NCBI RefSeq assembly: GCF_001194135.2
Contig: NC_068981.1
Span: forward strand, 75,242,528 to 75,305,843
DNA length: 63,316 nt
Source of the DNA: Octopus bimaculoides
Lineage: Eukaryota
Direction: 5' to 3'
Position numbers and translations under genes: made by a program. Of this stretch, positions 14,842 to 28,740 are shown one piece after another; position 1 is the stretch's first letter; each line of letters opens with the position of its first letter. The notes under the pieces are model-generated. The model saw nothing but the letters and a program-made list of their open reading frames with translations, had not been told where the DNA came from and did no database searches.

Positions 14842-15193
14842 TGAGATATCATGAACATTTTGGTTAAATTGGATGACATTCATACAGATCATATTATCAT
14901 TGATGATGGTCAGCGTAAACTTATTACGCTTCAGAGCACGAAACAAAGGAAGGTTAAAAGAAGAATAAAATGTAATAACATACTTTAATAAAAGGTTCTA
15001 AATTTTAAGAGTAAATTTTCTGCTGATTCCCTGCACAAAATACAGTACAACTGCTATAACTATGGCAATAATTGTAACAATAATATTAAATTAGTATTAT
15101 AGAGATCGAGCAGGCTTATATAAATTGCTTATTTGGTGGTTTCATTACAAAGAATTTTCTGTGTGAGTTCCGATTTTCACCATTACAAGTGGA

Positions 15194-15236
<43 letters not shown>

Positions 15237-15757
15237 TATATTATATTATATTATATTAATAGTGCTACTGGTGTCATGTCACCACAGTCTGAAGGAGGAA
15301 AACAGAACCTACCAAAGGATTGATTAACTTAGTAGTGCCAACGGCCATCCAACAGCTGTGGGTAGGACACTTTTAGTCTTTGTTCAGGCATCGCTTCACA
15401 TCAAAGAAAACTGTGATGTAACATCTTTATTTGCATCCAAATCTAGATGTTTTGGGATAAATGTATCTGTGAAAGAGTTCACCTCAATTAAAAAAAAAAA
15501 AATTTCTGACGCTTGTTGATTATTAATTTTTGTGTGCTCCATACTCTGGTTGGCCGTAGCCGAATTATGTAAAGACACTCAATGAAAAATTCTATCTTGG
15601 AATAAAGGCATGTGTCTGTGTGTGTAGTAAAACTTTGAAAACTTGTTTCAATAGGTGTAATGATTTCTACATGTATAATTGTGCAAAATGTATAAGTTCA
15701 AAGCAAGTGTAGTATGAGGAACGAAGTGAGATTCACCTACCTTGCAGGTTCTCTTGT

Positions 15758-15992
15758 GGAGGCACGTGCATTAGTGGATAGGGTGTTGGACTCTTCACCG
15801 TAAGAGTGCGGTCTCGATTCCCGAACCGGGTAACGTGTTGTGTTCTTGAGCAAAAGATTACATTCCACGTTGCTCCAGTCAATTCAGCTGGCAAATATGA
15901 GTAAGCTCGCTACAGACTGCTGGTTAATATATATACCATAGAACCAGGAAACCGACGCTTATGAGTCAGCATAACTCTAGAAGGTAACTTTA
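15758..15992 (+). mobile_element. tRNA-head CORE-like SINE (family C)
   Basis: tRNA-like head ggaggcacgtgcattagtggatagggtg...tcgattccc, followed by CORE-like tgtgttcttgagcaaaa...cacgttgctccagtc. Related copies at 20210 and 59078. Confidence 0.75.
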
Positions 15993-16009
15993 CATTTTCT
16001 TCAAGTTCT

Positions 16010-16315
16010 CTTGAGGGCGACAACATTCCAGCTCCGTTATATCCGAAGGCGTCCTACTCGTCTAACCTCTGGACAGAACCTAACGGCAAATTCCCTCTAG
16101 ATTCTACGTCCATACACGTCCAAACACCGCGAACACCACGATGTAAAGGGGCCCAAGGTGATCCTACGTCCTCTCACATCACCCCTCTCACTGCTCACCT
16201 CACCGGTTCTCCTCATCAACGGAACAAGACTGAAAAACTCGATTCAGGCGGCCTTAAGAGAACACTCATTGCTGGAAATGGAGTTACAGCCGTTATGTAC
16301 ATAATACATGTCACC
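16010..16315 (-). mobile_element. GC-richer repeat fragment, possibly a solo LTR piece
   Basis: Abrupt rise in GC content; the minus strand starts tgacatgtattatgtac; no ORF. Class assignment is a guess. Confidence 0.25.
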
Positions 16316-16365
16316 CCCACACACATACATACATATATACATATATACATAAATATTATTATAAG

Positions 16366-16509
16366 ATCTGGTAATTAGTCATATATTAATATATTAATTA
16401 ATATCGATTAATTATCAGGGGGCCATCGATGATAATTAATCGATGATAATTAATCGATAATAATTAATCGATCTTAATTAATATATTAATATATGACTAA
16501 TTACCAGAT
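16366..16509. repeat. Palindromic element with perfect 36-bp arms and an internal 14-mer tandem
   Basis: 16366-16401 is the exact reverse complement of 16474-16509; gataattaatcgat is repeated about 3 times inside. Confidence 0.95.
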
Positions 16510-17113
16510 ATTATATTAATATTTACCCATTACTCATGTTCTCATTCTGAATATATTCGACGCAGTAAATAGTTTCTGCGGATATATTCCTGGAATTAGC
16601 GCGCCAAAACGAAGACTTTTGAACTTTACCATTAAGCTGTAATTAGCAAAACCATATGCACGCGCACACATGGCGGTGGGCAACTATGTATACGATTCTG
16701 AAAATTGCTACTTCATTACAAATCAGGCTGATGAGGAATAGACAAATGGTAAGAATTTGTTAAATCCGAAACCTGGTTCCTGTTTAATAATGATTTTTTT
16801 AGGTGATTTTAAATGTCTTGCCCGCTCACGTTTTTGGTATGCTGCTATATTTCATGTTGAGAACATTTTAGGTCTTNNNNNNNNNNNNNNNNNNNNNNNN
16901 NNNNNNNNNNNNNNNNNNNNNNNNNNNNNNNNNNNNNNNNNNNNNNNNNNNNNNNNNNNNNNNNNNNNNNNNNNNNNNNNNNNNNNNNNNNNNNNNNNNN
17001 NNNNNNNNNNNNNNNNNNNNNNNNNNNNNNNNNNNNNNNNNNNNNNNNNNNNNNNNNNNNNNNNNNNNNNNNNNNNNNNNNNNNNNNNNNNNNNNNNNNN
17101 NNNNNNNNNNNNN

Positions 17114-17229
17114 TTCAGTCCCACTGCGTGGCATCTTGGGGAAGTGTCTTCTACTATAGCCTCGGGCCGACTAAAGCTTTGTGAGTGGTTTTGGTAGACG
17201 GAAACTGAAAGAAGCCCGTCGTATATATG

Positions 17230-17278
<49 letters not shown>

Positions 17279-17474
17279 CTGTCTGTCTGTGTTTGTCCCC
17301 ATAGCATTGCTTGACAATTGATGCTGGTGTGTTTATGTCCCCGTCACCTAGTGGTTCGCCAAAAGGGACCGATAAAATAAGTACTAGGCTTACAAAGAAT
17401 AAGTCCTGGGGTCTATTTGCTCCACTAAAGACGGTGCATGGCTGCAGTCAAATGACTGAAACAAGTAAAAAGAA
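17114..17474 (+). mobile_element. Family B SINE with internal (AT)/(GT) microsatellite; 5' end lost in gap
   Basis: ttcagtcccactgcgtggc...gtgtcttctactatagcctcgggccgac...gcagtcaaatgactgaaacaagtaaaa. Antisense copies at 44870, 48951, 50820, 51119 and 59571. Confidence 0.9.
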
Positions 17475-18039
17475 TATATATATATACATACATATGTCGA
17501 AACGGACATTTTGGCATTGAAGATTATTCATTCTATCACCTATAATTTTTGCCATTAATACAAGCCTAAGTAAATACAATGGAGCACCCTTTTTTGCGGC
17601 AATGAAACAGAGGAATACATTCCATGTAGAACATTACAAATTAGGTGCAGGAGTGGCTGTGTAGTAAGAAGCTTGCTTCCCAACCACATAATTAAACATG
17701 TAAAACAGTATAAAGATCAGGTTATATTATTTGTTCGAGTTTTTCACGAATCCTGTTTTACCCCATTCCGATATTCTAGCGAGAAGTGACGCAATTCAGC
17801 TTAATCGTATATGGTATGTTGTGTGATGAGGATTTGTTGTTGTTGTTGCTGGTGGTGGTGGTGGTGGTAGGAGTGGCTGTGGTAATAGAACTTTAAACCC
17901 AAAATAAGATTAATTTTATTGACTTTTATCTTGACTTAGCTAGTATTTTCCTGCTATCATCATCATGAGAATCTTCAGTGTTGTTGTTTTTAGTGGTAGT
18001 AGTCGTAGCAGTAATAATAGTATCTCTAAGTATTATCAT

Positions 18040-18900
18040 TATTGTTTATTTAGCTTGAGTTGGAATTTATTATAAAGATCTTGTCTCTGTTTTTTCTCTT
18101 GATTTCACTTGGCTTGTGTAGTTTGTGGAATGGAAATATTATATATATTTTCCGACCACATATTGATAGTTGGTTACTCAAAGGTATCTGACGGACATCC
18201 GGGTCTCTAATTTGCTGTCTGTACGCACGTGATCATTCTGATAGTGCATTTCTAGTCTGACCCACATATAGTTCTTCACAATCCGTGCACTTGGTGCAGT
18301 AAATTAAATTTCTGCCTTTACATTCCATATTTGCGTTTCTGAATATGTTCCCAGTTTTTGTGTTCAAATATTGTCAGGTATGTATGAATTGGCATGTGTC
18401 ACATCGGCTTTCATTGCATTTTGATACAGTGAATTATTGAACTCTGTTGCTAAGGTCAAACTTTGCCTTTGTTAATAATTTTTTCAAGTATTTTACTAAG
18501 AACCATAACTCAGTCTGTGATTATATCTTTTAATTCATTAGTTTGAGCAATGATGGTTAGGTTTGCTTTGGCAATGTTGAAGATATTATGGTGACATGGG
18601 TTGTGTGTCACTATAAATGGTATGACTTGTTCTTGTTTTCCTCTCCTTTGGCTTGTTCTCAGTTGTTGTATGGGTATTTTTGTAGCCCGCTGTATGCCAT
18701 TTTCTATAAATAGAGACGGCTATTTTTGCTAGAGCAAAAATTCTCTTATTTCTGTTAGGCGTTTCTTTCTGATATTCGCGTCTTCTACAATTCTTCTGAC
18801 TAGGCTGTATGGGATGTTGCATTTTGTATGTGGTGGATGGCACGTCTTAAGATTCAGGTATTGATGTGTGTCTGTGTGTTTATAGTACATATCTGTGGTA
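18040..18900 (-). mobile_element. Penelope-like element fragment (RT C-terminus to GIY-YIG endonuclease), degenerate
   Basis: TDMYYKHTDTHQYLNLKTCHPPHTKCNIPYSLVRRI, and NLIYCTKCTDCEELYVGQTRN (GIY-YIG). Confidence 0.85.
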
Positions 18901-18904
18901 ATGG

Positions 18905-19691
18905 TGGTAGTTTCGATGTGGTAAGCCTTTATACCAATATTCCACATGATTTAGTAATAAAGGCGACTAAATACTGAATAGAAAAACATAGACATGTGAT
19001 TCCCAACAGATTCACGGTGCCGATACAATCTGACTAGTTCTGGAAAACAGCACATTCTTCTTCAATGGAAAGAATTACATCCAAATTAAAAACACGGCAA
19101 TGAGAACGAGGTTTTCTCCCGTTTACCCGAACTCTGTAAAAGGATACTTAGAATAAAAAGAAGGACAAGAATTCGAAGAAAACTATTGAGTAGTACCAAA
19201 TTACCACTCCTTGATATCATGGTAATTAAAAAAGACATCATCATTGCCACAGATATATACTATATGCAAACGGACGCACATCAATACCTTAATTTGTACG
19301 TCGTGCCATCCACAACATACAAAATGCAACATCCCATACTGCCTAGCCAGAAGAATCTGTACCATTGAAAATGTGAAAATCAAGAAGAAACGCCTAACAG
19401 AACTAAGAATTTTGGCTCAGAAAAAAATAGCCGTCTCTGCTTATAGAAAATGGCATACGGAGGGCTATAAATATACCCACACAACAACGGAAGACAACTC
19501 AGCGCAAAACCTATGTCCTCGTTTCCAAAGCAAACCTACCAGCTATTGCTCAAAGTAATGAATTAAGAGGTATAATCACAGATCGAGCTATGGGTCGAAA
19601 AAAAATAATTAACAAAGGGAAAGTTTGACCTTAGCAACAAAGACCAATCATTCACTGTATCTAAATGCAATGATAGCCGATGTGGCACATG
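18905..19691 (+). mobile_element. Penelope-like element RT fragment, inverted relative to 18040-18900
   Basis: SFDVVSLYTNIPHDL, LVLENSTFFFNGKNYIQIKNTAM.TRFSP and TDIYYMQTDAHQYLNL motifs typical of PLE RT. Confidence 0.85.
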
Positions 19692-19724
<33 letters not shown>

Positions 19725-20209
19725 NNNNNNNNNNNNNNNNNNNNNNNNNNNNNNNNNNNNNNNNNNNNNNNNNNNNNNNNNNNNNNNNNNNNNNNNNNNN
19801 NNNNNNNNNNNNNNNNNNNNNNNNNNNNNNNNNNNNNNNNNNNNNNNNNNNNNNNNNNNNNNNNNNNNNNNNNNNNNNNNNNNNNNNNNNNNNNNNNNNN
19901 NNNNNNNNNNNNNNNNNNNNNNNNNNNNNNNNNNNNNNNNNNNNNNNNNNNNNNNNNNNNNNNNNNNNNNNNNNNNNNNNNNNNNNNNNNNNNNNNNNNN
20001 NNNNNNNNNNNNNNNNNNNNNNNNNNNNNNNNNNNNNNNNNNNNNNNNNNNNNNNNNNNNNNNNNNNNNNNNNNNNNNNNNNNNNNNNNNNNNNNNNNNN
20101 NNNNNNNNNNNNNNNNNNNNNNNNNNNNNNNNNNNNNNNNNNNNNNNNATATACACATACATATGTATATATGTATACAATGTATATATATCATTGTATA
20201 CAGATGTAT

Positions 20210-20445
20210 AGGACCGTGGCTCAGATATTAGGGCATTCGCCTGACGATCGTAAGGTCGTGGGACCAATTCCCTATGACGTGCTATGTCCTCCAGCAAGAC
20301 AATTTAATTCACGTTTTTTCAGTCCACTTAGTTGGTAAAATTGAGTAGTAGCTGTATTTGAAAAGGCCAGCCTTGTTACACTTTATGTCACGCTGAATCT
20401 CCCTGAGAACTACGTTAGTTTCACGTGTAAGCTGTTCCGTTTATC
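20210..20445 (+). mobile_element. Family C CORE-like SINE
   Basis: ggctcagatattagggcattcgcctgacgatcgtaaggtcgtgg...tcacgctgaatctccctgagaactacgtt. Confidence 0.75.
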
Positions 20446-20628
20446 TCATCAACTTGGATAAAATAAATATTTATATATAGAAAAAAACTGTCCGACGAAC
20501 GGGAACGTGAAACTCTGCGGAACAGTTTTTGTGATATTTCTACTGCTTTTCAATAAAGCGTATTACTCTACTTCTGGTATTTGAGCACTCTTCTTTCCAT
20601 CTTGTTTCACACTTATGTGCTTACTCCG

Positions 20629-20629
<1 letters not shown>

Positions 20630-20684
<55 letters not shown>

Positions 20685-20857
20685 TCAAAGATAGATAGAT
20701 AGATTGATAGATAGATAGACAGACATACATACAGACAGACAGAACGTTGAAAGGGAATATTTGTGAATTTGCCTGATATAATTGAGCAGCCTTTGTCTGC
20801 GAATACGCACGTATGCCTTTCTGGCAGTATATATGCCTGTATATATGCCTGTACGTA

Positions 20858-20896
<39 letters not shown>

Positions 20897-20960
20897 ATGT
20901 ATGTATGTATGTATGTACGTATGTATGTATGCATGCATGTTTGTGTGTGTGTGTGTGGGG
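20630..20960. repeat. Compound (GATA)/(GTCT)/(GTAT)/(GT) microsatellites
   Basis: Read directly from the sequence. Confidence 0.9.
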
Positions 20961-23900
20961 GGGCTGTACATCTTCATGTATTACGACTAGTGTCTACGTA
21001 TATTTAGTGGAATATATATTTCAGAGCAGTGACCAATTCGGCTTTTCCGGCCTTCCAATGTCCTAACTCGACCACCATTCTGTCATCAATGAAAATAAAT
21101 GCTTCGTTTATAGACCGAAAACCTGATATCAAGGAGAATTATAATAACAATAATTGTAGAAAGCAATACTGAATATATCTATGAAAACGTTAAAGTTTTA
21201 CGGCTGTGAGACGCTGTAAAGTCGATAAATCATAAAAAAAAGTGAGCAAAATGTAATAGTGTGAGGATAATGTTATTTGTTCCGTCACATTAAGTTGAAA
21301 GTACTTGATCCATGTGAAAACCTGGGGTTAAATGACGCCCTGATATAGAAAGGCCAGCAATTTCAATATTAAATGCTTGCCTATAACAACAAATTGTTTT
21401 CTGATATTACCACCAGGTCAAAGTGTTATTTTATTTGATGGGTTTCTATAATATATTCATTTATATCATATATTTATTCATTGTTTTATTTTGTCATGGC
21501 TTAGTTTAACAGACATTTTCTTTTTATTTGCAATCTTTATTCTTTTCATCTTTTCCGCTTTTATAAATCGTCAGTGTTATCATTTTAGTAATATTATGCG
21601 TCTATTTTATACTATCATTGTTTTATCTCTATAATGTTTTCCATAATGTGAGTGATATTCTATTATTGCAATTCAGAAAAACTTCAGTATTACTTCGTGA
21701 AATGTCCTTTTAGTGATTATTTCACCATCTTCTTATGATAACGTCTGTTACATATAACTAAGTACCTGCAATACTGAATTGATGTTTAAGCTTAGTTCAT
21801 ATCCCAGTACCACCTTTCTTTTTGGTTTCCAGGAAAGACGTCGAACTATTAACTACACCTTGTATGTTTATATAGTAGTTTCAGTTATTCTGTTCGCGAA
21901 ACGTATACATTTCCTTATCAGGTGAACTACTATTTGTGAAATAATTAGGGATAATTGTATCCCAACTTGTTTACACGTGACAAAGAATGTGTTTTCTCCT
22001 CATTTGCTTTTCGTCAGCTATGTCTCATTTACTAGTTCTTTTTTCGTACATGAGTTCAATGAATATTAAAAGTGTTAGGGGCTTTCATATACCACTTTCT
22101 CATTGAGCGAATTTCTCGCCAACTATTTCTTTCATAGAGATTCATCGTGAGTTTTGTCTTACAGCGGACGAAGACCGATAGAGAACATCGTACTAAAGGA
22201 AACATAAGTTTAGCTAAAAGTGTGAATATGTCATTGCCAAGTATGACACTGCAGTTCATTACACAATCTAGGTGCACATTTTTTGTAGCACCATAATGTC
22301 GATGTGCAAGATATTTCATTGTCTAATATTGCATTTTTACATTCTAAACACCAAGTATCAGAAGGTCTGGGAGGCATCGCGTGCACGAATATGTGTACAA
22401 AGAAAAGTGATGTCATTTGGTTTTGGCGATTAGACACACTCGGAACATTGCAAATTTTAGATGCACATGCTGTGTCTTACGTATGCAATGTGAAAATACC
22501 AATCAATTGAGGTTTTTCCAAGCTGTTACACGAAAGCAAAATCTTGAGATAGTTAAAATGTAAAACACGACAAAGCATGGTGTAAATATCAAGAAGATTT
22601 AAAAGAAAATCTTTGATAATATGCAAAATATAATGCAGAATGGTGTGGATTTGGTCTTTAAACCCAACTGATGAAATCAATGAATTATATTTCGGTAATT
22701 TTTGAACTTGCATATTTCTATATATATTTATCGATGACTCTTAGATGTGTGAAATCATTTGAATATGCTTCACTAAGGAGATAAAATATGAACAGAACTC
22801 ATTGTGTGTGATAATGATGTTTTTTAGTAAATATTTTCTCTGAAGCAAGTTTCGGTGTACTGATATTTTAGATTGCTTTGTTCTGGTTAAATTGATATAG
22901 TTTTGCACATTCAGACGACCTAATCTGAACGGGGACTGAGTTACAATCAGGAAAGGAAATCTAACTGCATTGGTAATTTAGGCCCAGTACCGTTTCTTTC
23001 CATTTAAAATCGGAAAGTGGTTCAGGTATCGAGTCAATATGACAGTTATATCTGCAAATAACATTAGGTTGTAGGACATCATCCTTTATCTGTTTGGCAC
23101 TGTTGCATCGTCTGCTTGAATTCATAGACTTATAATTTTGGTGGTATGAAGCAAAGGTTACAAATTGTTGCTGACCCAATGTAGCATGTTACAATTTAGG
23201 TGGTGTACGCATTCATTGTAGCATGTTCAATTCTCCCTATATCTTTTCATTCATAGAAAAGTGTGTCCTGGAAAGCTGCTGGAATTACTAGTACCTTGCA
23301 CTCATACACATTGAGATTTCAAGCTGAAAATACCATAATAGTATAAGCTCATACGGGCTGAAATTTCAGGTTATCTACAGAGATAGAAATGATAACAAAG
23401 CGATCATGTCACTGCTAAATAGACAACTTTCAACTGTTCTTTTACTATTCTGACTCTCAGTGTCTCATGAAGCATAGTTTTGGTCTGTAATTTTAATTAA
23501 TACGGAACTACTTCGCAGGAATAACAGATATGTAAAACCTCAGTATTACACACAAAAAATATATCCTCCAAATATATCAAATTACATTACCTTTCTGTGG
23601 AAGAAATATATGAGGGTTTTAATTTTGAACAATTATTATCACTGTAGATTCGATTGTAGACAGGAACATCTATGTATGATGTGATTTTACGAAAAGTATA
23701 ATATATGGAATTATTTCCATAACTAATGAATACACAATATCATTATGTATATACCAAACACGTAGAACTAAGAATAATTGTTGTAAGAAGAGATGTTAAA
23801 ATTATCAGAAAGTCCATTACATGCACGGGCTTTATAGAAAGTTGGCTTATTTTTTCATGTTTCATATTTCTCGCAGCAATCACTTCGTTTTCCTCATGAA

Positions 23901-26900
23901 AAACAATTTACACAGTTCAAGCTCTCATTTCGATCCATCGAAGGAAGGACTGGATTAAATATGAGGCTAATGCATGTTCATTCCATTTTATTCCAGCGTT
24001 TTTACTCTTGGACAGTGAATTTTATTAATATTTCTGCCATTCTGACGATGTACATCCAATGCGCTAACTACATCCGCCGGTAAATCTATGCCATGAGACC
24101 AACATCATCTATTCTCACTTCATTATCTGACGCCTACGATCGGCAGGAGGGATAAGCAAAACCATAACTCAGTGACTAGTAAAATCAATAATTTTCAAGG
24201 AAATCAAACGCTGCACTCATTCTTCAGAAATATGTCTGTTTGCCTGTCTCTCTGCTGACATTTAAGATATATACGCTCTATAGGTATGCTTATCTTGAAT
24301 TTTTCCACGAAGCAAGCATTATTCGCGACATTATTTGAAACTGAGGAGAAATGGAACGCAATTTCTCTTCATACGTGAAAATGTTTAACGATGTCAATAT
24401 TGCAATGTTTTGAAAAAGTTTCCAATTGGAGAACATCAAAAGTGGAAGTGATTGCTATAAAACCTAACATTATGACAACACCAAACCACCTTGGAGACTA
24501 ATAAACATACTTTCTCGTCATCCAGTTCTATACATATTGAGTGTATAGGATTATATTTTTCGTTTTCACAAAGGCTATACTAATCAAGTTCCTTGCTCTC
24601 TTAACTTGAATAACTATTAATATATAATCCAATGACGAAACCATTATTAGGACTGTCCATCACACTAATGTTGCTTTAGTAAGAGATTGAATTTCGTTGG
24701 CTGTTTTCATATCTATGGCTATTGTGCATAGGCGCAATATATTCAATAACATACTTTTTTTCGCACACAACTAATATTAGATATTGCTTCATCAGTGGCC
24801 AGCATATATGTAAACCATTCACTCTCAATATAAAATCATTTCGAATATATAAGTTAGAGACGTGTTTAGAAATATACATATGCACAAAACATTGATATTT
24901 TTATACCTCAGATTATGCATATATGAGCATTGATGATTAACCTATTAAACATAATATTAACACAATTTTAACAATGAATAGAATTTACAAAAAATATATA
25001 AAAGTAGAACATTTCCTAAAATGCATCTTCATTTTAGAGAGTGAGTGCTTTGCACTTGTGGAATCAGTTCCTAAAGCCATAGGCCGGAATGTCAGACGAT
25101 TCCAGCAATTCACCATTCCATGCAGATAATCAAAAATCTAAAATTGTTTCAAACTTTGTTCTAAAACAGTATGTAACACTAATTTCAATTCCTATATCCA
25201 TCAAGTATTGTGAATTAAATATCCTAAATTAAAAATATAGCGCTAACTCCTGAATGGAGACGCTATCTGAAGACGTCTTAAGTCCCAGATGCATTTAATA
25301 AATTCCTTGTATTCATTGGACTTCGGAAATGCTGCACCACTTCCGAGAGATTTAGTAAATCAAATCGACCTGTGCTTGTTGCAGTCTTTTTCTTAACTCT
25401 TCGATCCACATTCGTTTATATTTTCTTCTGGCTAATTTTTGTCTTCAGGCAACGCTGGAATTTTATTATCAGGTTTATGTTAAGCACATAACATCAAAAC
25501 GGACACACATGCTCACGTACAAGAAAGGCATTGCAACGTGTTCGTCTCCAAAATTTCACTCATGAGCTTAACTCAAATTGAATGTAGAAGCATAGATTTA
25601 AGCACAGTAGGATCCATTGCAGAACTACGTACCTACAAATCGAAGGTTTTAATTGCATAAATATTCCTGAGCATATGAAAATACAAGTAAATACGATTTT
25701 TAATGTAATTTTCCAAACCAGGTATGACCATTTTTGTATGGACTTCGATATATAAAAGCCGAAATGTTGATAAGTTGCATCCCGGTTATGGCCTAAAACT
25801 GTTGCTAGTTGCACAATTAATAGTAACGATTACATTCCATTTGCCGACGTTGGCTATATATTTATAGCTAACATTTATTTTCTTTTTAGATTTAAGTTTT
25901 ATGGCGTTTGCAATTGCTTAGGAAAGCTTTCTAATCAGCATTAACACAATTCTTGAGGCTGTAGCATAGAGCATTAAAGCTAAATAATAGTTCGAATACG
26001 GTCGGTTATCTTTAACATTTTCCCATGAAATAAACACAAGGGGAATTTATCGAGAGTTACATATTCTATTCAAGCGTTTAGGATTCTAACCATGTTTTAG
26101 AAGAGAAAAATATATATTTACTACGATTGTACTTGCAAGCAATTAGGTCTAAAATGATGTCCGGAAAATTAGTGGCGCTTAATTTACATGACAGATAAAT
26201 CGGCTAAATCCATTGATTAAATCAATTAGATTCTTAATAATCGATGGATGAGGCATATTATCCAACCCTTAAACCGTCCGAGGTTGAAGAATTTATTTAC
26301 AAAAAAACAGTTCAGAAGCGATGATTTTTCCATTGAAGAGAGTGAATACACAGATCTTACGAAATAAATGCAATACAATTGGAAATAGTATAGTGTCATG
26401 TTGATGTCAAGTGAAGGTCAATGTTGAGATGATATCAGGATGGCACTCGAAATAATGATGTCCCTTTATGTTAGCATACGCATTATGTTCTGATTCACTC
26501 TTCCCTTGTTTGATCGATGAAATAATTACCAAAGGTATACATTCCTCGGAAACTCTGCAGTTTTACATACAAACTCAGTTTCAACTGCGCACACGCACCC
26601 ACGGCAACTAATGATTTTTTTACAAAGTTTACGTCGGCATACATAAAACACAATGAAAAGACACGTACACACACACTCACACACACACGTTTTGACACAC
26701 TCCAATCAAACTTGCAAACATGTGCATCTATGTTATTTTTTTGACGATAACACATAATTGAATTACAGACATCAGTACTCACCAGCACAATTTACATTAA
26801 CGCTTAACTATTTAATTTAAGTCTGCTATTAGGGTTGATGAAATAATTACCAAGTGCTCGATATAATCGATTTTGATCTCGTTCTGCATGCTTAGTTCTG

Positions 26901-26937
26901 TGCAAACGTTACAAATCATTTTGATATCGGTGGTGCT

Positions 26938-27148
26938 GGTAGCAAGCTGGCAGAGCCGTTTGTACGTTAAACAAAATTGCTTAGCAGTATTTCATCCGCC
27001 TTTTCGTTCTGAGTTCAAATCCAACTTTACCTTCATCCTCTTGGGGTTGATGAAATAAGTTCCAGTCAAGCACTGGGGCCAATGTAATCGACTAGCCCTC
27101 TCGCCATCAAATGTCAGGCCTTGTTCCTATAGTTGAAAGGATTATTAT
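26938..27148 (+). mobile_element. Family A SINE, diverged
   Basis: gcaagctggcagagccgtt...gttctgagttcaaatcc...ggccttgttcctatagttgaaaggattattat. Confidence 0.8.
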
Positions 27149-28065
27149 AGCAATATTCGGAATAGACAAAATAAAAAAAATCAATGCAAAACAAAAATGC
27201 CTAAAACTTTTAACAGTCAAATTACACATGAGATTAAAACAATATCCAAATAGGAAAGTCGTCCTAACCGCAGAACCTGCATCAATAGTATCATAAACAC
27301 TTCTTATAATTTTAAATACGAACATATTTTCACTGTTAAAATCACTTGACATGTTCGTCAAAACGAGTCAAAAGAAACTTGTGAAATATTGGTTTTACAA
27401 CAATTGCGATATCCCCAATACTAGACAGATGTTTTGTTCATATCACTATGATAATTCATGTATCAACTTCAGACACGTTCAAAGCTAAAGAACAGATCCG
27501 AAAATGTCAAACACACAACACATACATATTTATGATTCAATATTGTCCAAATTAGTAACAATACTATTTTCATATGCTTGTAACGATACATATAATAAGT
27601 GTTTCAATATATATATAATACTTTATACGATCATTGTAAACATACCAATGTAGTGTACATTCGCCAACACATACAATCAAGGGAACAGAATGTCGAATGT
27701 TGAACGCGTTTGCAATGCAAACATTGAACTTGGCCTCGGAAAACCAGTCTCTTGGCAGTTCTGACTCGTCGGTCTCTTCACCTTAATCTTCAACTTCGGC
27801 CTAAACATTCAATCTGCCATATCTTGAATTCTAGTGAGAACTTGATCTCATCTTCTTTCTCAAGCGCTACCGACCTTGGCTTCAATTTTCACACTAAATT
27901 TAATTACATCGCACGTCTAAGCGAGTAGAAATACATCGATGCTCACCAACTTTCCTCGCTACCCGTACACATACACAACGTAGAAATATATAATGCCACC
28001 ATGCATATACAAACACATGCACATACTAACAAATATACATAATTCTTTATTTCTATTACACTCAC

Positions 28066-28137
28066 TTCTATTTCACTTCGAACATCTCTAATATTTAGAG
28101 TCAACCAATAGTCTAGTTCTGAACATATCTGTTCAGT
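28066..28137 (-). CDS. Candidate internal exon (TEQICSELDYWLTLNIRDVRSEIE)
   Basis: Acceptor ccatcactttcag and donor gaa|gtgagt; 72 nt, phase 0-0, protein-like composition. An alternative upstream acceptor (ggttctatccag) is also in frame. No homology recognised. Confidence 0.45.
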
Positions 28138-28740
28138 CTGAAAGTGATGGATTCCTCTCCGCCTCCATCTTCCAACGCTGGATAGAACCAATTATGTCAC
28201 CTCTAGGGCTAGTTTAAAGAAAAGTTCAGCTGCACTGTCAAAAAGTTGATTACAATTTATACATTTTTTATTATAATTTAAAATTTGTAAAGAATGTTTT
28301 AGTCTGTATAGCATTACGCCATATTTTCTTTTTTGTTTTTGCCATAGGCGCAATATACAATGGCTCCAAATTTTGATCTGATTAACGCTTATGTTCGATT
28401 TCGATATTAATGCAGACTCTTATATGTAATGTAATATAATATAATATGATATAATGTACATGGCAGATATGTCCTCGTGTGTATGTGTATATATATATAT
28501 ATATATNNNNNNNNNNNNNNNNNNNNNNNNNNNNNNNNNNNNNNNNNNNNNNNNNNNNNNNNNNNNNNNNNNNNNNNNNNNNNNNNNNNNNNNNNNNNNN
28601 NNNNNNNNNNNNNNNNNNNNNNNNNNNNNNNNNNNNNNNNNNNNNNNNNNNNNNNNNNNNNNNNNNNNNNNNNNNNNNNNNNNNNNNNNNNNNNNNNNNN
28701 NNNNNNNNNNNNNNNNNNATATATATATATATATATATAT

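Noticed and set aside
15758-15835. tRNA gene
   Set aside because: The tRNA-like head continues into a SINE body with no cloverleaf closure or T-run terminator; the same applies to the other SINE heads.
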